A stretch of 63,937 nucleotides of DNA, filler included, from Candidatus Hydrogenedentota bacterium (lineage in GTDB: Bacteria; JBFMHD01), in the NCBI GenBank assembly GCA_040752395.1. It is 4 parts of 4 records of this genome, joined end to end, with 100 filler letters (N's around TTAATTAATTAA, not from the genome) between each part and the next. Parts side by side here need not be neighbours in the genome. Positions count along the whole stretch, not along the records: positions 1 to 16,770 come from JBFMHD010000035.1; 3 more parts are not named here. The stretch is one strand, 5' to 3'. Position 1 is the stretch's first letter; every line of letters begins with the position of its first letter. The notes beneath the pieces were generated by a model. The model saw nothing but the letters and a program-made list of their open reading frames with translations, made no database searches and had not been told where the DNA came from. The position numbers were made by a program, and so were the translations under genes. Below are positions 1 through 8,269 of this stretch, one piece after another.

Positions 1-16
1 ACCATCTACGTTTTGA

Positions 17-322
17 GGCACAAAGGCACAAAGGCACAGAGGCACAAAGGCACAAAGGATATTAGGGGATGGGTCATAGGGGATGGGGTATATTAGGGGT
101 TGTGAGTCGCAAGTCGTGAGTCAAAACAGGACTCGAGACTCAAGACTCAAGACTCAAGACTTTTCAGCAGGTTCCGGGCTTTTGGCTCCAGCCGGCTGTA
201 GCCCGTAGCCCGAAGTCTGAAGCCTGTCCTGATACTTATCACTTCTTGCTTCTTTCGTTATCTTTCTTTTTCGTTATCTTGCTTCTTGCTTCTTAAGTAA
301 ATTCTACCGCACCAATAACTGA
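17..322. repeat. Copy of the modular intergenic repeat (GGCACAAA octamers; GAGTC/GACTC heptamer hairpin; GGCT/AGCC hairpin; TTGCTTC/TTATCTT tract)
   Basis: The same blocks (e.g. GTCGTGAGTCAAAACAGGACTCAAGACTCAAGACTTTTCAGCAGG, GGCTCCAGCCGGCTGTAG) recur at about 15 intergenic sites in the window. Confidence 0.9.
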
Positions 323-368
323 CGTATTACGAAAAAAATACATCGTTAGCGATAAATTTTAGAATTGC

Positions 369-396
369 TTGACATCTGTTATAATAATTGTAAATT
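369..396 (+). promoter_or_regulatory. Putative sigma70 promoter of the OB-fold gene
   Basis: TTGACA at 369-374 and TAAATT at 391-396, 16-bp spacer, upstream of ATG 416. Confidence 0.45.
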
Positions 397-415
397 ATTA
401 ACAAGGGCAGGGAAA

Positions 416-1882
416 ATGAGTGATTGGTATTATGCTGATTATGGTCAATCAATAGGTCCTTTTAACGAAGAACAGATAAAAGATTTAATAAAAAATAATA
501 AGATAAAAAAAGAGACTTTTCTATGGCGTGAAGGCTTCTCTGATTGGACACCATTAGAAAAACTATCTGAATTTTCATCCGCACTTGAATTTAAATATGA
601 AAAGAAACCAAGAATTGAGATGCCGCAAGATATAAAACCAGGTACTGAAACTTCGTTTTATATACCAAAAGAAGAAAACGTAGTAAAACAAATAATTGAT
701 TGGGCTTCAGGCCCGGCGGAAGAGGAGGGTCAGTGTCCGACCTGCGGTTATTTTGTGGGCTCGCTTTTAACGTGTCCGAGATGCGGGGCAAGACCCGGAA
801 AACGTATCAGCATACGGCTACTTAAAATCGGCTCGATCGCAGGCTCTATCATCGGTATCATTTTACTCTGGCTTGCTGCTTATGCAAAAAATCCGATACA
901 GATAAAAGTTGGCGATATTGATGAACGAATGAACGGCGCCCTTGTTAAAATTGTAGGAAGAGTTACATCTTATGAAGAAAATACTGAAAATAATACTTTA
1001 CGAATGCAAGTCGATGATGGCACAGGTGAGATTTTATTAAATGCATATAATAAACTCGCTCAATTCAAAAAAGTGCTCGCAGATAATATGCCAGGTATCG
1101 GGGATAAAGTTGAGGTCACAGGCCAGATTAATGAGACCCAGAAATTTGGAGTCTCTATGTTTGTATCTATCCCTGAAAGAGTTAAACTACTTGAAAGATT
1201 TAAATTAAAAGACGTTGATATCAGTGATATCACTGAAAAAGATGTAAGCGAGATAGTTAGAATTAAAGCCTCGATTGCTTCTTATAAAAAGCAGACCACA
1301 AGAAAAGGAACTGTACTACATAAATATGTGCTTTCTGATGGCACCGGTAGCATTAATATGACAATATTTGGTAAAGAGATGGATGGTCTTCCCCAAAAGA
1401 CCCAGAAAATACTCCTGGATAAAAAAAATAAACTTGAATTAGTCGTTAAAATCGGTCAATACAGAGAAGAATTACAGGTCGAGATTATGGATTATAACAA
1501 GATAAAAGTTCTCGGAGATGCTGAAGAAATAACCGAAGAAGCAGTAAAGGAAAAAGAAGAGGAAACCATCACACAAGAACAAGAACGAGAAATAAAGAAA
1601 CCAAAAAAAATAAAAAATATAACTAAATCTGATCTTAAAAAAATATGCTATATCGAAGCAGAAGTATCAAAAATGGATATAAAAGAAAAAGGTAAACTCA
1701 TAACACTCGATGACGGCAGTGGTGAGATACAGGTTATGTTCTGGAAGAGTTTAAGAGATGAGATAAAAGGTTTCAATAAGATTAAAGAGGGTGCTAAAAT
1801 ATCAGGGAACTTTAAAGTTGATGAATATAAAGGTAAGTTACAATTAAAACTTACAGACTATGAGAATATAAAAGTAGAGTAG
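416..1882 (+). CDS. GYF_2 domain + zinc ribbon + single TM helix + three tandem OB-fold (RPA/tRNA_anti-like) nucleic-acid-binding domains
   Basis: N-terminal WYY..GQSIGPF..LWREG..DW (GYF_2); CPTC..CPRC; hydrophobic IGSIAGSIIGIILLWLAAYA; three repeats with DDGTG/SDGTG/DDGSG OB motifs. ATG 416 after a purine-rich RBS preferred over TTG 365. Confidence 0.8.
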   Translation: MSDWYYADYGQSIGPFNEEQIKDLIKNNKIKKETFLWREGFSDWTPLEKLSEFSSALEFKYEKKPRIEMPQDIKPGTETSFYIPKEENVVKQIIDWASGPAEEEGQCPTCGYFVGSLLTCPRCGARPGKRISIRLLKIGSIAGSIIGIILLWLAAYAKNPIQIKVGDIDERMNGALVKIVGRVTSYEENTENNTLRMQVDDGTGEILLNAYNKLAQFKKVLADNMPGIGDKVEVTGQINETQKFGVSMFVSIPERVKLLERFKLKDVDISDITEKDVSEIVRIKASIASYKKQTTRKGTVLHKYVLSDGTGSINMTIFGKEMDGLPQKTQKILLDKKNKLELVVKIGQYREELQVEIMDYNKIKVLGDAEEITEEAVKEKEEETITQEQEREIKKPKKIKNITKSDLKKICYIEAEVSKMDIKEKGKLITLDDGSGEIQVMFWKSLRDEIKGFNKIKEGAKISGNFKVDEYKGKLQLKLTDYENIKVE

Positions 1883-1899
1883 TATCGTCGCTTCGCTTC

Positions 1900-1982
1900 A
1901 TTGCAAATTGCAGATTGCAAATTTATTTAGTCTTCTTCGTTGTTTTGTTTTTTCATTCATTTTGCAATTTCCAATTTCAAAT
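1900..1982. repeat. Tandem heptamer inverted repeat (TTGCAAA/TTGCAGA ... TTGCAAT/TTCCAAT)
   Basis: attgcaaattgcagattgcaaat followed by attttgcaatttccaatttcaa. Confidence 0.6.
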
Positions 1983-2066
1983 CTTATTTCCAATTCGACA
2001 TTCAAAAGAATGTCGCCTTGCTTCTTGCTTCTAACTATAACCAGGTGATTACATAGAGTAGCTATT

Positions 2067-3482
2067 ATGGAAGGGCTTATTATTATAATTTACACTTTAC
2101 TCGGTACTTTAATCGGTGCTTTACTTTGTCTTATCCCATCTCTTCATATATATAATGTTACTGGTATAGCTTTATTACTCTGGCTGCATGTTCGAACTAT
2201 AATCCCGTATTATGCTATGGGCTCATTTTTTATGGCTATGATGGTTTCATTTGCCTTTATAAACACGATACCAATGACATTTTTTGCAGCAGCTGATGAA
2301 TCCGCGGGTGCTACTATACTCCCATCGCTTGATATGCTAAAGAACGGCAAGGGAAAAGATGCCTCGCTACTTGCGGGTCTCGGTACACTTGTCGGCGGTA
2401 TCTTATTAATTGTTCTTACGCCTGCATTCTACCTTTTATTTACTTATGTCTATGCTATTATGCGACCGCATCTTCACTGGATACTTGGTATAATTATGGT
2501 TTTTTATGTTATGAGTGAATGGCCTAAAGGTTGCGGCAGGGGAAAGACCTGGTGGCGAAAATTTCTTGATGGCTGGCGGAATGTCTATATGGGTATGCTG
2601 ACATTTACATTATCTGCGATAGTTGGATTAATTGTTTTAACAAAACCGCTTGCACCACCTGAAATGAGTTTTCAAAATATTATGCCTATATTTCTTGGGT
2701 TCTTTGCATTCCCTTCAATAATACAGGCTATGCTCTCTGATATTAAGATCCCTAAACAATATACCAATTACAGATATATTAATGCGGGCTGGGATGATGT
2801 AGCATATTCTTCGCTGCCAGGTGTGATAGGTGGTATGATCTGTGCCTTGATGCCAGCTGTTACTGTCGGTATATCAGCTATCTTCGCAAGCCATATGACA
2901 AATCATAGGAACTTACGAGCAGCCTCATTTGAAAAACCAAGAGAACCTGATACCCATATCTATCTTCATACACCAGAAATATATTACACCCAGGAACGGA
3001 CTTTTCTTATTGCCGGTGGAATAAATAAAATTATCTATTATGTTGGTGCATTTCTCTTTATTTTTATCTTAACAGAGATCACACCTAATGGGATGGGACG
3101 TGGTGGTATGAATATCATTTTGAAACCTGTATTTGCTCCTGAACCAGGTGATTACCCGGTTATACTTGCTTCTATATTTTTCAGTTCCTGTTTATGTATG
3201 CTGTTATTAATCTGGTTCACTGATTTAACTATTAAAGTATTACCTAAAATCAATATAAAATTAACCTATAGTATTGTGACGGTTGTATTATTTATAATTT
3301 TATATATTATGGGTGGTGGCTGGACCGCGGTATTAATTGCAGCAGTAACTACCTGCATCGGTTCTATCCCTGTATTTTTCAATTGCAGGCGTTCACATTG
3401 TATGGCTGTACTTTTAGTTCCGATCGCTATAAATATGGCTGGTTATGGTGATACGATAGCAAGATTTTTGAGGTTAGTATGA
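2067..3482 (+). CDS. TctA-family (tripartite tricarboxylate transporter large permease, archaeal COG1784/DUF112-like) membrane protein
   Basis: About 12 TM segments; LIPSLH and ILPSLDMLKNGKG match the TctA-family GLIPG.H and LP.H.LL..G.G motifs. Confidence 0.7.
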   Translation: MEGLIIIIYTLLGTLIGALLCLIPSLHIYNVTGIALLLWLHVRTIIPYYAMGSFFMAMMVSFAFINTIPMTFFAAADESAGATILPSLDMLKNGKGKDASLLAGLGTLVGGILLIVLTPAFYLLFTYVYAIMRPHLHWILGIIMVFYVMSEWPKGCGRGKTWWRKFLDGWRNVYMGMLTFTLSAIVGLIVLTKPLAPPEMSFQNIMPIFLGFFAFPSIIQAMLSDIKIPKQYTNYRYINAGWDDVAYSSLPGVIGGMICALMPAVTVGISAIFASHMTNHRNLRAASFEKPREPDTHIYLHTPEIYYTQERTFLIAGGINKIIYYVGAFLFIFILTEITPNGMGRGGMNIILKPVFAPEPGDYPVILASIFFSSCLCMLLLIWFTDLTIKVLPKINIKLTYSIVTVVLFIILYIMGGGWTAVLIAAVTTCIGSIPVFFNCRRSHCMAVLLVPIAINMAGYGDTIARFLRLV

Positions 3483-4606
3483 AGGGTTTAACACATTTTA
3501 TGTCAGCAGTAGCTACTGCTACTTTTATCCCTGAGGTTGTAAGGATGTCGACCTCGGGTCGACTCTCATCAGTTGAAGGTGCTTGTAGCTCATTTATTTT
3601 GCTATTACCAGGGATATTCGGGCTTTTACCTGATACAATGGATTTTAAACTCGGTCAATTTTTTTCCATCGCTGAATATGAGATAGACCCTGGCCCACGT
3701 AACCCCAACCCACAGAAAATGGCTGAAACCTTTGCTCTGGCTGTGAAAGAAGCAGGTGATACTGGTAAATTTGTTCGGGTTCAATTCTTTCCCATCCAAC
3801 TCGGCGCAAGTTTATGGCGACAGTACAATATAATTTTTGAGCCCAAAGAAGTTATAATTCAGTTCAATGAAAAGGTAAAGACTTCACAGGTACCTATACC
3901 GGGTTCAGCCCCGAAACATAATAGAGTTGGCAGAGCTAAACTCGATTATGAATTAAAAAGTAAAAATATGGATATTGATTGGTTGAATAAAGTGGTGCGG
4001 TGGCTCAGACAAAAGATTAAAGGCCCTGACAAGCCTGCAGGAGCCATCAAGCCATCTACTCTTGACATATTAAGCGGCACACAATTTGGGTTTCAAAAAG
4101 AAGCTGATGGGAAAATATATTTCAACTGGCTGCCATGGCACAGAACCTGGAGTCATTCGTATGTTCTCTGTTTTCTTCTGACAATACCAATTTACATTAT
4201 TACTTACTTATTGGGTTTTCATAACTGGTGGTTATATGGTTTAGTAGCGTTTCTTGGCTCGTTTGTTCACATAACCGAGGATATGACGGGTCATATTGGG
4301 GGTGCATTATTCTGGCCTTTACATAAACCGCGTTCTGAAGGTTTAGAGCTCTTCAAAGCAAGCGACCCGAGAACCAATTTTAGTATAGATTATGCATCAA
4401 TTGTTCTTGCGATATGGAATGTTGACAGGTTCTCGACAAAACTCATACCTATGCCTGGCTGGTTATATCTTATACTTTTTTTAGTCATCCCGTTGTTTTT
4501 TTATTTCAAATACGTGGCAAAAATAAAACAGAAACTTATAGAGCAGGAAGAAAGAGCTTTGATGGAGGAGCCTGATGGCACAGGCGAGGCAGTCGTTGAT
4601 TCATAA
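3479..4606 (+). CDS. YdjM-family membrane-bound metal-dependent hydrolase with a large soluble insertion
   Basis: MKGLTHF, GLLPDTMD, HRTWSHS and HITED motifs; ATGA overlap with the upstream gene. Confidence 0.8.
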   Translation: MKGLTHFMSAVATATFIPEVVRMSTSGRLSSVEGACSSFILLLPGIFGLLPDTMDFKLGQFFSIAEYEIDPGPRNPNPQKMAETFALAVKEAGDTGKFVRVQFFPIQLGASLWRQYNIIFEPKEVIIQFNEKVKTSQVPIPGSAPKHNRVGRAKLDYELKSKNMDIDWLNKVVRWLRQKIKGPDKPAGAIKPSTLDILSGTQFGFQKEADGKIYFNWLPWHRTWSHSYVLCFLLTIPIYIITYLLGFHNWWLYGLVAFLGSFVHITEDMTGHIGGALFWPLHKPRSEGLELFKASDPRTNFSIDYASIVLAIWNVDRFSTKLIPMPGWLYLILFLVIPLFFYFKYVAKIKQKLIEQEERALMEEPDGTGEAVVDS

Positions 4607-4708
4607 CCCGTCATCCCATATTTTCTCGGAATGAGAATGCCAGGCTTGGAAAGAGAAAGGAACAAGAATTATCTCGATAGCACACGGAAGAAAAATGGTT
4701 TAAAATTT

Positions 4709-4743
4709 AGGTATTGACAAAAGGTATGAATATTAGGTATAAT
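4709..4743 (+). promoter_or_regulatory. sigma70 promoter and putative operator of the TA operon (probably leaderless)
   Basis: TTGACA 4714-4719, TATAAT 4738-4743, ATG at 4751; AGGTAT repeated at 4709, 4722 and 4735. Confidence 0.7.
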
Positions 4744-4750
4744 TAGTAAT

Positions 4751-4990
4751 ATGAAAACAGCTGTGTTTATCCCGGATGACATTTTTTTAGCGATCGAAAA
4801 ACACTCGAGATTATTAAAGGTTTCGAGAAGCAGACTTATTTCCGAGGCTGCGAAACGGTATATATCTGAATTAGAAAAGCAAGAAATTTTGGATACGCTT
4901 AATGAAGTTTATGCCAAACCCTTTGAAAGTAATATTAAAAGATATAAAAAGCACTTCGCTAAAAATATATTGAGAGGGGGAAAGTATTGA
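4751..4990 (+). CDS. Ribbon-helix-helix antitoxin (MazE6/ChpI-like)
   Basis: MKTAVFIPDDIF...VSRSRLISEA...LNEVY pattern; overlaps the downstream toxin. Confidence 0.8.
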   Translation: MKTAVFIPDDIFLAIEKHSRLLKVSRSRLISEAAKRYISELEKQEILDTLNEVYAKPFESNIKRYKKHFAKNILRGGKY

Positions 4991-5337
4991 TAAAACAGGG
5001 GGATATTTTCTGGGTTAATTTTGGGTATAAACGAGGTTCTTCGCCAGCATACCGGCATCCGTGCCTTGTGGTCCAGAACGATATATTTAATAAAAGCCTT
5101 ATAAAGACCGTTGTTGTCTGTCTTATAACAAGCAATGTTATGCTTTCTCGCGCTCCAGGGAATGTATTTTTAAAGAAAGGCACAGCAAATCTTCCTAAAG
5201 ACAGCGTTGTAAATATTTCGCAGATTACCACCGTGGATAAAAGCGAACTTGTTGAAAAGATAGGCCATTTATCTGCTGATAAATTTACTGAGGTAATAAG
5301 CGGAATTAACCTACTGATATCCAAACAGGAAATTTAA
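4987..5337 (+). CDS. mazF: PemK/MazF-family endoribonuclease toxin
   Basis: QGDIFWVNF..GS.PAYRHPCLVVQND.FN, ITSN, LPKDSVVNISQITTVDK. Confidence 0.9.
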   Translation: MIKQGDIFWVNFGYKRGSSPAYRHPCLVVQNDIFNKSLIKTVVVCLITSNVMLSRAPGNVFLKKGTANLPKDSVVNISQITTVDKSELVEKIGHLSADKFTEVISGINLLISKQEI

Positions 5338-5381
5338 GGGTCTTTCGTAATTAAGTTGCAATTTAAATTAATAAATTGTAT

Positions 5382-5535
5382 TCTTTTAAACCCTGTTTAT
5401 CGCATTTAAAGATACTCACTACATTTTTTATTTTTTGTAATTTCAATATAATCAATATAAGGTAAAGAGGGGCACAAGACCCGCTCTTTAGACTTTAGAC
5501 CTGTTTTTAAAAAAAGGGGGATTAAAAGAAATCTC
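5382..5535. mobile_element. MITE family H (about 145 bp, terminal IR GAGGTCTCTTTTAAAACC), degenerate copy
   Basis: Near-identical to 36482-36609 and 63568-63712. Confidence 0.7.
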
Positions 5536-5616
5536 TATGTCGTTCTATTTCAAAGGTGAGATGTGTTAAGTCATCTCTTAATTATGTCGATAAATTAATC
5601 AGAACACTTTTAAATC

Positions 5617-5844
5617 AGTCGTGAGTCATAAGTTATCAGTCTTGAGTCGTCAGACCTAAGTCCTTAGTCTTTGACTTACGACTTATTGACCGATTTTACG
5701 ATTCTGGACCCTCGACTTTTCAGCTGTAGGCCGTAGCCCGAAGTCTGAAGCCTGTCCTGATACTTCTCACTTCTTCCGTTATCTTGCTTCTTGCCTCTTG
5801 CTTCTACTTGATATTATTACACTTACAACGTTTTTCGAAGGAGG
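5617..5844 (+). repeat. Modular intergenic repeat copy ending in TTTTTCGAAGGAGG, the RBS of the Hsp70-family gene
   Basis: Degenerate GAGTC/GACTC block, then the GCTGTAG..AGCCTGTCCTGATACTTCTCACTTC..TTGCTTCTACTTGATATTATT blocks. Confidence 0.85.
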
Positions 5845-5848
5845 CCGT

Positions 5849-7360
5849 ATGATACATCTCGGAATTGATTTCGGAACAACTAATACTGTAGTAGCCTATG
5901 AACTTGATGGTAAATACAATATTCTTAATTTCAATGAACATTCATTTATACCTTCATTAATAACAAAGTATAAAGATAATTATTATTTTGGTTTTGATGC
6001 TTTAAGCCTTCTCTCTGAAAAACAAGCCCTGGTAATCCATTCTATAAAACAATATCTGCATAATTACTACCATAATAAGACATTAACTATTGATAACCAT
6101 ACCATTAGCATTGAGGATGTTCTTATCGGATTTTTTAGTTATTTAAAAGAAAGAATTGAGGTTGCTCTACCTTTTGATTCAAAAACAGGATGGGATGTAA
6201 TAGCGACGGTTCCTGCAAATGCTTCAAGCCAGCAGCGGTGGATTATGCTTGAGGCTATGCGTAAAGCAGGGCTTTGTGTGAGAGCACTTCTTAATGAGCC
6301 AACAGCCTCTGGTTTTGAATTCTCGCATTATTTTTTAAAGGGTAATGCAAAAGAAAAAGATGTTTATTATGTACTTATTTATGATTTTGGTGGTGGGACC
6401 TTTGATGTTTCGCTGATTAAAGTTAAGGAAAGCCAATACCAGGTCATTGGGTCTACGGGTCAGAACCAGCTCGGTGGTGATATCTTTGATGAAAAACTAT
6501 TTAATCTTGCATGCGAAAAAGTAGCTTTAGATAAAAGACGATTAAGCTATAGACAGAAAATAGAAGGAATACTTGAGAGTAGAACGCTGAAAGAGAGTAT
6601 CTCGTTATCACGCGGGTTTCTTCAAAGAAATCTAAATTTTGATTTTGAAAATATTAATATTCAGAGTAAAATAGCTAAAATAAAAAGTAATGAATATTAT
6701 GAAGCGATCAAACCAGAAATAAATAGAACGATTGAGTTAATAGAAGAACTGTTACAATCTCAAACTATAAAATCTGCTTCTTTAGGATTGGATTCTATTG
6801 ATTATATTTATCTTGTTGGTGGTTCTTCAAAACTGCCATATGTTATTCATGCTATCCAGAAAGTTTTTACTAAAGCGAAAGTAAAGGTGTCTGATAATAC
6901 CTTTGCGACATCTGCGCTGGGTGCAGCAATATATTCTTCTAAAAAAGACGTTAAATTGATTGAACGATTCACAAGAAATTTTGGGGTTATACGATTGTAC
7001 AACGGCAGGGAAATATTTGACCCTATATTCCCCAAAGGTACAGAACTCCCGCAAACTGAAAACCAGGTTACGAAAATAATAAGAGATTATGACCCAGAGT
7101 TTAATATCGGTCATTTTAAATTTCTTGAATGTAGTGAGATCAATCCTGATTTATCACCATCTGGTGATATAAATCTTATAACTGAGATCAGATTTCCCTA
7201 TGACCCTGAATTAAATATTATTGAGAATCAAACTATTGAGCGTAAAGATTTAAGCCACATTCGTGTCTGTGAAGAGTATCATTGTGATGCCTTTGGTATA
7301 ATTAATGCCAGAATAACCCGCAAAAACGACGGCTTCACTGTTGGATATAATATTAACTGA
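5849..7360 (+). CDS. Hsp70-family ATPase, atypical (not canonical DnaK)
   Basis: GIDFGTTNT, TVPA, LLNEPTA, YDFGGGTFDVS and LVGGSSK motifs; only 503 aa from ATG 5849, with no helical lid. Confidence 0.85.
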   Translation: MIHLGIDFGTTNTVVAYELDGKYNILNFNEHSFIPSLITKYKDNYYFGFDALSLLSEKQALVIHSIKQYLHNYYHNKTLTIDNHTISIEDVLIGFFSYLKERIEVALPFDSKTGWDVIATVPANASSQQRWIMLEAMRKAGLCVRALLNEPTASGFEFSHYFLKGNAKEKDVYYVLIYDFGGGTFDVSLIKVKESQYQVIGSTGQNQLGGDIFDEKLFNLACEKVALDKRRLSYRQKIEGILESRTLKESISLSRGFLQRNLNFDFENINIQSKIAKIKSNEYYEAIKPEINRTIELIEELLQSQTIKSASLGLDSIDYIYLVGGSSKLPYVIHAIQKVFTKAKVKVSDNTFATSALGAAIYSSKKDVKLIERFTRNFGVIRLYNGREIFDPIFPKGTELPQTENQVTKIIRDYDPEFNIGHFKFLECSEINPDLSPSGDINLITEIRFPYDPELNIIENQTIERKDLSHIRVCEEYHCDAFGIINARITRKNDGFTVGYNIN

Positions 7361-7569
7361 TGAGGCAGTTCCCCGACCCATTTTTCACCCACACCTATTA
7401 CTTTCAGTTTTATCAGAAGGTGGGTCATGATGACTGTTTTTTATATCTGACTTTTATTTTTTAAAGCCTGAATTTCGCTATTTTTATAGTTGGATGGTGA
7501 ATTTATGTTAAGAGCCATTACTGGTTTGTTCTAATAAATCCACTTGATAAAATTTATTTGAATTATTAG

Positions 7570-8082
7570 TCAATATTTATGTAAATCGAGATTCTCATCA
7601 ATATCGGTAGTGAAAGCAGATAAATTACTTTTTACAATTTTTTTAGCTATCGTATATGTTTTTGAACCTTTTTCTCCGTAAGGAATAAAAATAATGTCGG
7701 CAAGATTAGAGGAAATCCAATTTCTATACAATATGCTATGTCTTAATTGTCTTGATTGTTCAGGTTCTGTCACAGATAGCATAAGCAGCTGATTATTTGC
7801 AACTCTGTTAAAATCTTCGTCTCTTTCAGGGAATTTATCCAGTTGGGGAAAAAATCTATCTAACAGAAACTTATCGAATGTTTCTTTTGCTAAACCTTTA
7901 GATGTAAAAAGAGTAACTTTATTATGGCATTTCTTCCATAATCCGAGTCTGAATATTTCAGTTTCCATCACAGACTGCCAGGGTCCGATATAATTCATCG
8001 CATATTCTCTTATTGTAAAGAGAAGCTGATTTGCAGCCATCAATCCTACTCCTCCAATAGAATCCGATGACAAAACAGCCAT
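7570..8082 (-). CDS. DprA/Smf-like (SLOG superfamily) protein, possibly truncated
   Basis: RNWISSNLADIIFIPYGEKGSKT resembles the DprA RN..i..ls..v.v.ea...SG motif. Confidence 0.5.
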   Translation of the reverse strand: MAVLSSDSIGGVGLMAANQLLFTIREYAMNYIGPWQSVMETEIFRLGLWKKCHNKVTLFTSKGLAKETFDKFLLDRFFPQLDKFPERDEDFNRVANNQLLMLSVTEPEQSRQLRHSILYRNWISSNLADIIFIPYGEKGSKTYTIAKKIVKSNLSAFTTDIDENLDLHKY

Positions 8083-8228
8083 AGTAAAATCATCAAGGAA
8101 TTCTAATGGTCCGAATTTAGAATTGAGTATTGCACATAAAAAGTGGGCTTCCTTTTTTCGGTTATATTATCGATAAAATAAAAATTTTGACAAAATTCGT
8201 AGTTAGAAATAATGTTATATTAGAATAT

Positions 8229-8259
8229 GAGCCTGTTTGCTAACTTATGCAACAGGCTC
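8229..8259. mobile_element. Collapsed mini-element made only of the GAGCCTGTT terminal inverted repeats
   Basis: GAGCCTGTT...AACAGGCTC; same ends as the 108-bp element at 32445-32552. Confidence 0.5.
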
Positions 8260-8269
8260 AAATATTATT

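Noticed and set aside
17-322. CRISPR array interpretation of the intergenic repeats
   Set aside because: No constant repeat alternating with unique spacers; units are 7-8-nt tandem motifs in dispersed mosaics, and there are no cas genes in the window
4959-5324. Antisense or nested short ORFs in the track (e.g. 4959-5324, 22606-22938, 25875-26174, 47301-47813, 47852-48304, 60222-60638, 60798-61256)
   Set aside because: They overlap well-supported genes on the other strand or frame and show no motifs
5798-5848. N-terminal ORF extensions such as MLLLDII... (also 33409-33353, 63555-63460, 28225-28248)
   Set aside because: They are translations of the repeat end block; downstream ATGs with good RBS fit the protein families
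5849-7360. Calling the Hsp70-family gene dnaK
   Set aside because: Too short, divergent substrate-binding region, no dnaJ/grpE
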